Source of the DNA: Tepidisphaeraceae bacterium | Lineage (GTDB): Bacteria; Planctomycetota; Phycisphaerae; Tepidisphaerales; Tepidisphaeraceae | Assembly (NCBI GenBank): GCA_036490535.1 | Contig: DASXDR010000030.1 | Span: 15,467-79,466 of the forward strand | Direction of reading: 5' to 3' | Length of the DNA: 64,000 nucleotides | Shown: positions 18,510-27,577 of the stretch, in pieces | Position numbering within the stretch: the stretch's first letter is position 1 | Layout: every line of letters starts with the position of its first letter | The notes under the pieces: model-generated | The model's database searches: none | What the model was told of the DNA's origin: nothing | Seen by the model: the letters and a program-made list of their open reading frames with translations, nothing else | Made by a program: the position numbers and the translations under genes

Positions 18510-19097
18510 TTGCTTATGCCTATCGATCCCCTTTCCGAACTCTCGCATCAATTGCTGAAAATCGACGCGGAGCTTGCTTACGAAGCGCTTCTGCCCAAAA
18601 TTCCGGGAAGCCCACAAGCCAAATCCATTCTCGACCGCACTCCTCCGCCCGCTCTTATTGCTACGCGATTATCCGATCTGGAGAACGCTAATCTGCTGCG
18701 CTCTGCGCTTTATCTCTGGCATGATTATCTGCCTGAAGCGCATGAGATTTATCAGGAGATCAATACGCCAACCTGTTCGTTCTGGCACGCGATCATGCAT
18801 CGCCGCGAGGGAGATTTTGTTAACAGCAAACATTGGTACGCCCGGTGCGCCGAGCATCCTGTCCTGGAAATTATTGCTGCGCAGGCCAATCCGATTTTGA
18901 ATCCATTGCCATTTGATAAATCCGTTCTCAAATTAACGGTGGGCGGATGGAATCCGGATGAATTCGTCGACTTGGTTGCTGAAATTGAAAAGACCCCGGA
19001 TGATCCGCGGCGTAAAATCGCGGTAGCGCTGCAGAAGCTGGAATGGCGGATTTTGTTTGACCATACGGCGCGGAATGCGGTGATGAATCTGGAATGA
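18510..19097 (+). CDS. Conserved hypothetical protein
   Basis: 195-aa ORF with coding-like codon bias and a distinctive WHAIMHRREGDFVNSKHWY segment. I do not recognise the family. Confidence 0.6.
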   Translation: MLMPIDPLSELSHQLLKIDAELAYEALLPKIPGSPQAKSILDRTPPPALIATRLSDLENANLLRSALYLWHDYLPEAHEIYQEINTPTCSFWHAIMHRREGDFVNSKHWYARCAEHPVLEIIAAQANPILNPLPFDKSVLKLTVGGWNPDEFVDLVAEIEKTPDDPRRKIAVALQKLEWRILFDHTARNAVMNLE

Positions 19098-19106
19098 ACG
19101 CGGTAA

Positions 19107-19161
19107 GTTTAGCCCCGGCCCTTGAGCGGGGACACACCCGGCCCTAGGGCCGGGGCTAAAC
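19107..19161. repeat. GTTTAGCC...GGCTAAAC hairpin between convergent genes
   Basis: GTTTAGCCCCGGCCC (19107-19121) pairs with GGGCCGGGGCTAAAC (19147-19161). The 27-mer 19107-19133 recurs inverted at 43481-43507. Confidence 0.75.
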
Positions 19162-19181
19162 GAAAACCTGATGGCGAAAAA

Positions 19182-21797
19182 TCAATGGCTCATGGCTGGC
19201 TCGCGCGTATTACTGCTGAACGTGAAATCGCGTTTGGCGGAATCGACGTCGACGTGGATGGTTGTGCCTTCATCAAAGTTACCAGCAAGAATGCGCTGGG
19301 CTAATGGGTTTTCGATCCGTTGCTGGATCACGCGCTTTAACGGGCGGGCGCCGAATTGGATGTCGTAGCCTTCATCAGCGATCAATTGCCGGGCGGCATT
19401 AGACAAATCCAGCTTCAGGTTGCGGGTTTCCAATCGTTTTTGCAGATTGGCCAATTGGATATCGACAATGCGCGTGATCTGCTCTTTCTGGAGCGGATGG
19501 AACACGATGGTTTCGTCGACGCGATTCAAAAATTCGGGGCGGAAATGGTTTTTGAGCAAATCCTTCACGGCGGCTTCGATTTCCCATTCCTGGGCGTTTT
19601 CGCTGGAAAGAGTTTGGATGCGGTCGGAGCCGATGTTGCTGGTCATCACGATCACGGTGTTTTTGAAATCGACGGTACGGCCCTGCCCGTCGGTTAGGCG
19701 GCCATCGTCGAGAACCTGTAGCAGCACGTTGAAGACATCGCGATGGGCTTTTTCGATTTCGTCGAAAAGAATCACGGAATAGGGCCGGCGGCGGACAGCT
19801 TCAGTGAGACGTCCCCCTTCTTCATAGCCGACATATCCGGGAGGTGCGCCGATCAAGCGCGCAACCGAGTGCTGCTCCATGAATTCGCTCATGTCGATGC
19901 GCACCATGGCGTTTTCATCGTCGAAGAGAAATTCCGCGAGGGCTTTGCAGAGTTCTGTTTTTCCAACGCCCGTGGGTCCGAGGAACATGAAGGAGCCGAT
20001 GGGCCGATTGGGATCACCCAGGCCGGCACGGTTGCGGCGGACGGCATCGGATACTGCGCGGACCGCATCCTGCTGACCGACCACGCGGTCGCCAAGCCGG
20101 TCTTCCATCTTCAATAGTTTTTCGCGCTCGCCCTCGAGCATGCGCGTGACGGGCACGCCCGTCCATCGCGAAACCACGGCGGCGATTTCATCCGGCGTCA
20201 CTTCATCTTTCACCAGCGCATTGCCAGCGTGGGAAAGCTTGTCCACCTTGTCGGTCGCTTCGGTTAACTGACGATTCAAATCGCGCAGCTCGCCATATTG
20301 GATGCGGGCGGCGGCTTCGAGATTTCCCTGGCGCTGGGCCTGTTCCAACTCGATCTGCTTGTGCTCAATCTTCTGCTGAATTTCTTTGACGCGATTCATC
20401 ACGCCTTTTTCATTTTCCCATCTGCTAGTTAATTGCGTGTTCTTCTCCTGCAACTCAGCCAATTCCTTGTTCGCTTTTTCCAATTGCTGTTTGCTGGCGG
20501 AATCTTTTTCCTTTTTGAGCGCTTCGATTTCGATCTGGAGTTGCATCACCCGGCGGCGAATTTCATCCAGCTCCTGCGGCATGGAATCATTTTCGATGCG
20601 CAGGCGACTGGCGGATTCGTCGATGAGATCGATTGCTTTATCGGGAAGAAAACGATCCTGGATATAACGATCGCTCAATACGGCGGCGGAGACGATGGCA
20701 CTGTCCGTAATCCGCACGCCGTGATGAGCCTCGTAGCGCGACTTAAGGCCGCGCAGGATTGCGATGGTGTCCTGCACACTCGGCTCGCCGACATAGATCG
20801 GCTGAAAGCGGCGCTCAAGGGCAGCGTCTTTTTCGATGTATTTGCGATATTCATCCAAGGTGGTTGCGCCGATGCAGCGCAGCTCCCCGCGCGCCAGGGC
20901 CGGCTTGAGCAGATTGCCGGCATCGACTGCGCCTTCGGCTTTGCCTGCACCGACTACGGTGTGAAGCTCGTCGATGAAAAGAATGACGGTGCCGTCGGAT
21001 TGCTGAACGTCTTTGATGACCGCTTTGAGGCGATCTTCAAATTCGCCGCGATATTTTGCGCCGGCAATCAATGCGCCCATATCCAATGCGATGATGCGCT
21101 TGCCCTGCAGCACGGCAGGCACGTCGCCGTTGAGCATGCGAATCGCTAAACCTTCGATAATCGCCGTTTTGCCGACGCCCGGTTCGCCAATCAGCACGGG
21201 ATTGTTTTTAGTGCGGCGGGAAAGCACCTGCATGGTTCGGCGAATTTCCTCATCGCGGCCGATGACCGGATCAATTTTTCCCTGGCGGGCGAGTTCGACC
21301 AAGTCGCGGCCATAGCGCTCTAGAGCCTGATATTTATTTTCAGGATTTTGATCCGTGACACGCTGGCCGCCGCGCACTTCCTTGAGGGCGTTAAGAATTG
21401 CCGCGTGATTAATCGCATTGGTGGTCAGAATTTCTTTTGCTTCGCTCTTCACCTGCGAGAGCGCGAGCACTAAATGCTCGGTGGAGACATATTCATCCTT
21501 CAGTCGATCCGCTTCTTTTTCGGCTTGCGTAAAAACATCCTGTAACGATCGACTCATGCCTAGTTGCGTGCCAGTTGCCTTGGGCAGCCGATCCAGCTCG
21601 CTATTGGCGATTTGCTGTATTCGGGAAGAGCTGGCCCCTAGCTTTTGCAGCAGCGGTTGGACGACGCCATCTTCCTCGGCGAGCAATGAAGCCAGCAGGT
21701 GAATCGGCAGCATTTCGGCATTGTCGCGCGTGCGTGCCAATTCCTGAGTTCGCTGGACGGCTTCCTGGGCTTTGACCGTGTATTTATCAAATCGCAT
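19182..21797 (-). CDS. clpB: ATP-dependent chaperone ClpB
   Basis: Two AAA+ modules (GEPGVGKTA and GPTGVGKTE) and a long middle coiled coil. I prefer the ATG at 21797 ([13 protein letters not shown]...) over the TTG at 21815. Confidence 0.95.
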   Translation of the reverse strand: MRFDKYTVKAQEAVQRTQELARTRDNAEMLPIHLLASLLAEEDGVVQPLLQKLGASSSRIQQIANSELDRLPKATGTQLGMSRSLQDVFTQAEKEADRLKDEYVSTEHLVLALSQVKSEAKEILTTNAINHAAILNALKEVRGGQRVTDQNPENKYQALERYGRDLVELARQGKIDPVIGRDEEIRRTMQVLSRRTKNNPVLIGEPGVGKTAIIEGLAIRMLNGDVPAVLQGKRIIALDMGALIAGAKYRGEFEDRLKAVIKDVQQSDGTVILFIDELHTVVGAGKAEGAVDAGNLLKPALARGELRCIGATTLDEYRKYIEKDAALERRFQPIYVGEPSVQDTIAILRGLKSRYEAHHGVRITDSAIVSAAVLSDRYIQDRFLPDKAIDLIDESASRLRIENDSMPQELDEIRRRVMQLQIEIEALKKEKDSASKQQLEKANKELAELQEKNTQLTSRWENEKGVMNRVKEIQQKIEHKQIELEQAQRQGNLEAAARIQYGELRDLNRQLTEATDKVDKLSHAGNALVKDEVTPDEIAAVVSRWTGVPVTRMLEGEREKLLKMEDRLGDRVVGQQDAVRAVSDAVRRNRAGLGDPNRPIGSFMFLGPTGVGKTELCKALAEFLFDDENAMVRIDMSEFMEQHSVARLIGAPPGYVGYEEGGRLTEAVRRRPYSVILFDEIEKAHRDVFNVLLQVLDDGRLTDGQGRTVDFKNTVIVMTSNIGSDRIQTLSSENAQEWEIEAAVKDLLKNHFRPEFLNRVDETIVFHPLQKEQITRIVDIQLANLQKRLETRNLKLDLSNAARQLIADEGYDIQFGARPLKRVIQQRIENPLAQRILAGNFDEGTTIHVDVDSAKRDFTFSSNTREPAMSH

Positions 21798-22042
21798 AAA
21801 CGCTAAATATCGCAAAGTAGAAGCCAGAGGTGGGCTTATGTCTTCGCGACATGGAAATTCTAAAGCTCCCCTTTATCAGGGGTTATGAAGAGGGAAATGG
21901 AGGACTATGTAAAGCCTAGGGTAAACGTTCTGCCAAGCGATTTATAGCTGGGCTTTTGGCTGCCCATTTGGCATATATGCGAGGGTGGTGTTCGTTCGGG
22001 CCGGGGACGGCCCGGCTCTGCTTGCGGTGGAAATGATGGGGT

Positions 22043-22075
22043 AAAAAAAATGACCAACTTGCGTTGGTCATTTTT
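22043..22075. terminator. Bidirectional rho-independent terminator
   Basis: A8 - TGACCAAC TTGC GTTGGTCA - T5. On the minus strand the hairpin is followed by T8, directly downstream of the 22099-22797 gene. Confidence 0.75.
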
Positions 22076-22098
22076 GAAATTCATTTGGGATGGGACTT

Positions 22099-22797
22099 CT
22101 ATTTCTTTCCACCGCCTCCGCCACCACCACCACCACCGCCGGCAGGTTCGACTCCGCCGTATCTATGGTGTTGGTAGAAAAGGCCGCAGATCATGGGAAG
22201 GAAAAGAATCATGGGGAGAAGGAATGGTTTGCCGTGCATCGAGCTGGAAAGGCTGCCGGCGATGTCTTCATATTTGTAAGCCAAGCCGAGGATGCCAAAG
22301 ACAAGCATCGCTCCACCCTGCACGGAGAGATAGATCATGACACTGATGCGAAAAAGAACGAAGGAGAGCATGCCCAGCGCCACCAGGCCGGTGAGCGCGC
22401 CCGCCCAGGCGAAATTAGGTTCCTGATTGCACATTCTCCAGACGCAGGCGCCGAGGAATGCTCCACACACGCCGCCGGTGACAGCAACCGACCATTTCAT
22501 CATGGGCCACGCCGCAGCAGCAGCGCCGATGCCGCCAATGAGCGCGCCAGCAATCGCCGCATCCGCTCGCGCGCCCAGCGTTGCACCGATGGCAGCACCG
22601 ATGGCAAAGGCATTGGCTGTGATCAGGTAGCGGTAAATTTTGACGCCAAAGACGAGGTAGATGATCCCCGCCATGATCATCACTGCCGCCGCCGCTGGGC
22701 CCATCCTGGAGCACCAGTCTAAAACTCCATTCTGCCCCGGCCAATGCGTGGGAGTGGTAACCCAAATCGGCACCGTTTCACCGTAGTGACCTACCAT
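22099..22797 (-). CDS. Multi-pass membrane protein with a C-terminal poly-glycine tail
   Basis: 232 aa with about 6 hydrophobic Gly/Ala-rich segments. Ends in ...EPAGGGGGGGGGGGKK. Confidence 0.65.
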   Translation of the reverse strand: MVGHYGETVPIWVTTPTHWPGQNGVLDWCSRMGPAAAAVMIMAGIIYLVFGVKIYRYLITANAFAIGAAIGATLGARADAAIAGALIGGIGAAAAAWPMMKWSVAVTGGVCGAFLGACVWRMCNQEPNFAWAGALTGLVALGMLSFVLFRISVMIYLSVQGGAMLVFGILGLAYKYEDIAGSLSSSMHGKPFLLPMILFLPMICGLFYQHHRYGGVEPAGGGGGGGGGGGKK

Positions 22798-22946
22798 GAT
22801 AAATCTCCTTGAATTTCTAGCCCGAGCGCTAAAGCTCTAAAGGAAAGTTATCGACTAGGCATTGCCACGGGCATGAAATCGGGGGGAGAACTGAAGATTA
22901 TGGGACGGTATTACCAGGGGGCTCGGGTTGATTATCGCGAATTTTA

Positions 22947-23252
22947 TTAGGATTGATCCGTTTCCATGCGCGCGGAAATATCCTGAGCTGAGTGATAAAT
23001 GCGCGCAATGTAAGGCGGCGAGGAAGCCGGATCGTAAATCAGAAAGATTCGATAGACACGATAAAATCGCAGGGGTTTATCTGTCAGATCCGGCCGGTAA
23101 TGGCCAAGCCCAGGATGCTCAATCAGGCGTTTTATCGCGGTGTAAATCTCTCCAAGGATGCGGTCTGCCAGAGAGGTTCCACCGCGCTGGTAATAATAAT
23201 CCCATAGCTGATTCAGAGCGGTCTGCGCTTGCTGGGAAAGGAGGAATCTCAT
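22947..23252 (-). CDS. parE: Type II toxin, ParE/RelE family
   Basis: 101 aa. 4-bp overlap with the upstream antitoxin gene. ParE-like ...RFYRVYRIFLIYD...IARIYH core. Confidence 0.75.
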   Translation of the reverse strand: MRFLLSQQAQTALNQLWDYYYQRGGTSLADRILGEIYTAIKRLIEHPGLGHYRPDLTDKPLRFYRVYRIFLIYDPASSPPYIARIYHSAQDISARMETDQS

Positions 23253-23521
23253 TTGTTATGAGATTGATGGGCAGCACTTTTGGCGGACATATGGGCAAAA
23301 AATTCTTCGCCATCAGCGGAGGCGGAGCGATCATTCCACGCATTATCGAGATCGCGGCGGATACGAGCCGCGTCCGTGCCAACCACCGAAAGCAAATCGA
23401 TATCTTCAGTGCGACTTAGCTTTTCCAGAATAGCTTCTTCCAAGGACGCATGGCGTCCAGATTGGACTTCCGCCAGAAGGCGCTGCTCCAGGTTGGCAGG
23501 TAAATCCAGGTGAACTGTCAT
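23249..23521 (-). CDS. parD: Type II antitoxin, ParD-like
   Basis: 90 aa. VQSGRHASLEEAILEKL matches the ParD pattern (SGRY.S.SEVIR.AL). Antitoxin-first gene order. Confidence 0.7.
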   Translation of the reverse strand: MTVHLDLPANLEQRLLAEVQSGRHASLEEAILEKLSRTEDIDLLSVVGTDAARIRRDLDNAWNDRSASADGEEFFAHMSAKSAAHQSHNK

Positions 23522-23656
23522 ATATGGATATTTTATCTCGAATTTTACATCTGGGCAATTCGTTGCTAGAGAAATCGCTTAGTTTTCACCATAAATTCTT
23601 GCGATATGGCTCTGCCGAACGTGCAAACGGCTGGATTAGAATATTCACACAAACAG

Positions 23657-25828
23657 TTAAATTGTAGGTGCGCCAGCGCGGATCGTAGCGAGCTGTTGTT
23701 CGGTTGTTTGATTGCGCCAAATCCGGATCGCTGATGCGAGCATGACAATGATCGCACAAAGAAGCATGGAGAGAATAAGCGCCGCTTCGATCATGCTGTT
23801 GATCAGCAATGGCCAATTGCGTTTATTCGGGATGTTCTGAATCTGATTGACGACCTGGCTCATTTGGCCATTGAACATTTCCACAGCAGCAGTGCTGGTG
23901 GTGGCGAAAACGAAGAGCATGGGCAGCACGGTGACCCAGAGATATTTCGCGCGGCCTTCGTTGGCGAGATAGGCGCTGACGATGGCCAGGGCGATGACGG
24001 CGAGCATCTGGTTGGCGACGCCGAACATGGGCCAGATGACGGCCATGGAATTGGCGTTGATGAAATAGGCCCAGGCAAAGACGATGATGGCGGTGGAGAG
24101 AAGCACGCCGGGCCAGTAGTTGGGTTGGCCGAGTTTTGCGTTGAATTTGCCGAAGACTTCCTGCAATAAGAATCGGCCGATGCGAGTGCCGGCATCGATT
24201 GTTGTCAGAATGAACAACGCTTCGAACATGATGGCGAAGTGGTACCAGTATTTCCAAAGCGATTGGAGCGTGGCTTCGGTGCCGGCGGAAATGCGAGCGG
24301 CGGCGCGGTCGAAGATGTCGGCCATGCCGACGGCCAGAGTCACGGCCCCACCAGTTCGGCCGCGGAGAGATTCGTGGGTTAATCGTTCGTAATCTTCAAC
24401 GGTTAAGGGCGAGGAAGTGTCGATGTGCTCCACGCCGCTACCAACCTGCAAAATCTGATTCGCAAATTGCGGCATCTTTGCCAGGTCCGTATTCATCGCA
24501 TAATAATTCTGCGTGGGCAGCGTCGCGGCAGCGATCATGGCGACGCAGGCGACCAGGCCTTCGATCAGCATGGCGCCGTAGCCGATAGGGCGGGCATGCT
24601 TTTCATTCATGATCATCTTGGGCGTGGTGCCACTGGAAACCAGGGCGTGAAAGCCGGAGATCGCTCCACACATGATGGTAATGAAGAGGAACGGAAAGAT
24701 TTGGCCAGGAACAACCGGGCCGCCGTGGAGGAAAACGTGATTGATCGCGGGGGCGTGCAGTTTGGGGTTGGCGATCAGGCATCCGACGACGAGGATGCCG
24801 ATCGTGCCAATTTTGAGGAAGCTGCTCAGATAATCGCGCGGCGCGAGAAGAATCCAGACGGGCAATACAGCAGCAACAAAACCATAAACCGCAATCGCGA
24901 TCATCACCTGCGTATCAGTTAGCGCAAAATATTGGCTGACCGAATGCTCCGCGATCCAGCCCCCAGCGACCGTGGCGACCAGAGTCAGCAGGCCGCCGAT
25001 GATCGACGCTTCCACCGTGTGGCCCTTGCGGAGTCTGTACATGTAGAAGCCGACGAAGAGAGCAATGGGGATGGTGCAGGCGATGGTGAATGTGCCCCAG
25101 GCGCTGCCGGGCACGATACGGACGGCGTCAGGAGGCAGCGAAATCGTCTCCGAAGTGGTTCCAGGTATCCAAGATCTTTGCCACAGCGAGCATTTGATAT
25201 CGAATGCCTCAGCAAATCGCATTTCTGATTTGCCTTGATTCCATTTCAGGACCGATCCGGCTGGAACGTGTACAATATCACCAATGTTTTGTATGGGCTG
25301 AGTGATAACCAATTGACTACCCTGCGGATATTTCACCGCTTCGCCGCCGAGCGCTTTGACCACAACTTTTCCAAGGCCTGCGAGAGCGATGATGATGATA
25401 AACAAAATCGCGGCCATCGACGCCGTTCCCGCAACTGGCCCAATATCATGAAACGCAATCTGCGCGAGCGATTTTCCATCGCGGCGAATAGAAGCAGACA
25501 ACACCAGAAAATCCTGCACCGCACCGCCGAGACAAACGCCAATGACAATCCACAACAATCCCGGCAGATATCCAAACTGTGCCGCCAGCACTGGACCAAT
25601 CAAAGGCCCCGCTCCGCTGATCGCGGCGAAGTGATGCCCGAATAAAACCCATTTGCTGGTCGGATGATAATTCTGTCCATCATCATGCCGCTCGGCAGGC
25701 GTGGGTCGCGCGGGATCGAGTACGGCGACCTTGGCCGCCAGAAATGCGCTGTAGTAGCGATACGCCACCATAAACGCGCATAGAATCGCCAACATCACCG
25801 GCATCGCAGACATGCTTGAATCCTCCAC
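23657..25828 (-). CDS. cstA: Carbon starvation protein A (peptide/pyruvate transporter family)
   Basis: 723 aa. FGHHFAAISGAGPLIGPVLAAQFGYLPG, APRDYLSSFLKIGT, HALVSSGTTPKM and WYHFAIMFEALFILTTIDAGTR closely follow E. coli CstA. Confidence 0.93.
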   Translation of the reverse strand: MEDSSMSAMPVMLAILCAFMVAYRYYSAFLAAKVAVLDPARPTPAERHDDGQNYHPTSKWVLFGHHFAAISGAGPLIGPVLAAQFGYLPGLLWIVIGVCLGGAVQDFLVLSASIRRDGKSLAQIAFHDIGPVAGTASMAAILFIIIIALAGLGKVVVKALGGEAVKYPQGSQLVITQPIQNIGDIVHVPAGSVLKWNQGKSEMRFAEAFDIKCSLWQRSWIPGTTSETISLPPDAVRIVPGSAWGTFTIACTIPIALFVGFYMYRLRKGHTVEASIIGGLLTLVATVAGGWIAEHSVSQYFALTDTQVMIAIAVYGFVAAVLPVWILLAPRDYLSSFLKIGTIGILVVGCLIANPKLHAPAINHVFLHGGPVVPGQIFPFLFITIMCGAISGFHALVSSGTTPKMIMNEKHARPIGYGAMLIEGLVACVAMIAAATLPTQNYYAMNTDLAKMPQFANQILQVGSGVEHIDTSSPLTVEDYERLTHESLRGRTGGAVTLAVGMADIFDRAAARISAGTEATLQSLWKYWYHFAIMFEALFILTTIDAGTRIGRFLLQEVFGKFNAKLGQPNYWPGVLLSTAIIVFAWAYFINANSMAVIWPMFGVANQMLAVIALAIVSAYLANEGRAKYLWVTVLPMLFVFATTSTAAVEMFNGQMSQVVNQIQNIPNKRNWPLLINSMIEAALILSMLLCAIIVMLASAIRIWRNQTTEQQLATIRAGAPTI

Positions 25829-25886
25829 AGCAAACCCGGATCATCTTAATCGACGTGTAACTTGTTTTCTAATAAATAGTTTTAAA

Positions 25887-25990
25887 GAAAACGCGAAGTC
25901 GCCAAAGCGCGAAGGAAGACGCGAAAAAAAAGAAATCCTGGGTTTAAAACTTCGCGTTCTTCTTCGCGCTTTCGCGACTTCGCGTTCTCT
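25887..25990. repeat. GCGAAG-word imperfect palindrome (copy 2)
   Basis: GAAAACGCGAAGTCGCCAAAGCGCGAAGGAAGACGCGAAA ... CTTCGCGTTCTTCTTCGCGCTTTCGCGACTTCGCGTTCTC. The arms are about 85% complementary. Confidence 0.85.
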
Positions 25991-26008
25991 TAATTCGGAT
26001 CATCGAAA

Positions 26009-26983
26009 ATGCAAAAACTCACGATATGGACAAATGTTGCTTACCCCACTGAGGCAATGGAGCGGTTGCGAGCAGGAATCGGTCAGCACGCATTAATATT
26101 TGCCACACAGCGCGAGCAAACCGTGCTCGCCAAATCCGGCAAGGATGAGAACCTGCCGCTGGCAGATGTCGTGCTGGGCCAACCCGATGTGAGCCAGCTA
26201 ATGGAATCCCAAAAAATTCAGTGGGTGCAATTGCCGAGTGCGGGGTATACCGCATATGACCGCAACGACCTGCGTCGCAGTTTCCGCAGCCGTGGCGTAT
26301 TGATGAGCAATTCGTCGAGCGTCTATGCTGAACCGTGCGCGCAGCATTTGTTGGCGCAGATGCTTGGGCAGGCGCGGCGGATGTTTGACGCTGCGACGAG
26401 TCAATTGACCAACCACCAGTGGCCTTACCGGGCGATTCGCGAGAAATCAGTGCTGCTCAATGGCCAGAATGTTCTCCTGCTCGGGTTCGGCGCGATTGGC
26501 CGGCGGGTTGTTGAATTGCTGAAGCCATTTGAAGTCAATATCATCGCGCTTCGGCGCACACCTACGGGAAACGAGGGCGTTGTCTGCCGGCCGATTTCGG
26601 AATTGCATCAGCATCTCCCGTGGGCCGATCACGTGGCGAATATCCTGCCGCTAAGCGATGAAACCACGAAGATCATTGGCGCTGCTGAATTGGCGAAAAT
26701 GAAATCCTCGGCGATCTTTTACAACATCGGGCGCGGGCAGACCGTGGATCAAGATGCATTGCTATCGGCACTACGCGGCGGTCAGATCGCTGCCGCTTCA
26801 TTGGATGTGACCGATCCCGAGCCACTTCCGCCGGAGCATCCGCTTTGGACAACGCCGAATTGCGTGATCACGCCGCACACCGCTGGCGGGCATAGCACGG
26901 AATTCATCCGTGTCGTTGCGCATTTCGTAAATAACCTGCGCAGATTTGAAAAAGGTGAAGCGCTCGCCGATCAGATTATCTAA
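26009..26983 (+). CDS. D-isomer-specific 2-hydroxyacid dehydrogenase family protein
   Basis: 324 aa with the NAD-binding motif GFGAIGRRV and a C-terminal ITPHTAGG catalytic region. Confidence 0.85.
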   Translation: MQKLTIWTNVAYPTEAMERLRAGIGQHALIFATQREQTVLAKSGKDENLPLADVVLGQPDVSQLMESQKIQWVQLPSAGYTAYDRNDLRRSFRSRGVLMSNSSSVYAEPCAQHLLAQMLGQARRMFDAATSQLTNHQWPYRAIREKSVLLNGQNVLLLGFGAIGRRVVELLKPFEVNIIALRRTPTGNEGVVCRPISELHQHLPWADHVANILPLSDETTKIIGAAELAKMKSSAIFYNIGRGQTVDQDALLSALRGGQIAAASLDVTDPEPLPPEHPLWTTPNCVITPHTAGGHSTEFIRVVAHFVNNLRRFEKGEALADQII

Positions 26984-27333
26984 TCGTTATCGCGCTGGTT
27001 GGGATCGGAGCCGTCATCGAAAATATCCAGCAGCGAACCAATCATCCGATCGCCAGCACGGATGACGGCGGCGTTCGCACCATAAAGCATTTTTGCCTGG
27101 GAAAGATCCATCATCTGCCTGGCAAGATCGTCATCATCGCCGGGGACGCTTTGCACCTGGGTTTCAACGCCATCGCCATTTGCTGCCGCATAAGAATCGA
27201 CGCGCGATGGCGTGTAGTTGGGCGTATTGAGATTAGCGATGTTGTTCGCAGTGACATTGAGTTGTGTTTGTGCGGCAGCTAATCCTGATGAAGCGATGGA
27301 AAATGTATCTGTGATGCTCATGCGAAACTCCAT
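26980..27333 (-). CDS. Flagellar basal-body rod protein-like (FlgC/FlgB-type), short and isolated
   Basis: 117 aa. N-terminal SGLAAAQTQLNVTANNIANLNTPNY (rod-protein NIAN motif) and C-terminal MMDLSQAKMLYGANAAVIRAGDRM (rod C-terminal helix pattern). No flagellar neighbours. Confidence 0.5.
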   Translation of the reverse strand: MEFRMSITDTFSIASSGLAAAQTQLNVTANNIANLNTPNYTPSRVDSYAAANGDGVETQVQSVPGDDDDLARQMMDLSQAKMLYGANAAVIRAGDRMIGSLLDIFDDGSDPNQRDND

Positions 27334-27514
27334 GGGCCAAGCGTCGTCGGCCTTTAGAAGCTTCGTCGTGATGCTGCAGAGGATTAATGTCTTAAACGAT
27401 CAATCCGCATATCTTTCGGGAAAATCGTGTGAAATTGGGAGTGTGCTGCCGAAAACAACAAAGATATAAAATGGGGAGTCCGATAATTACGCGAAAGTTT
27501 TCGAAAAGAAAAAA

Positions 27515-27540
27515 AGCCCACGGATGGCTATCCGTGGGCT
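27515..27540 (-). terminator. Terminator hairpin AGCCCACGGAT-GGCT-ATCCGTGGGCT
   Basis: 11-bp perfect stem. On the minus strand it is followed by a T-run (A-run 27509-27514 on plus). It lies 38 nt downstream of the nuoG-like stop. Confidence 0.75.
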
Positions 27541-27577
27541 TTAAAATTTGGTCGCACAGAGAAATCGGTTTTTGATT

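Noticed and set aside
22947-23521. The ParDE pair as part of a larger defence or mobile island.
   Set aside because: The flanking genes (a membrane protein and cstA) are ordinary. There is no integrase, recombinase or other defence gene nearby. It appears to be a solitary chromosomal type II TA module.
27466-27486. A sigma-28-like element (TAAA ... CCGATAA) near the orphan rod-like gene.
   Set aside because: It is on the plus strand, which is the wrong orientation for the minus-strand flgC-like gene. The TAAA-to-CCGATAA spacing (about 9 nt) is far from the roughly 15 nt consensus.
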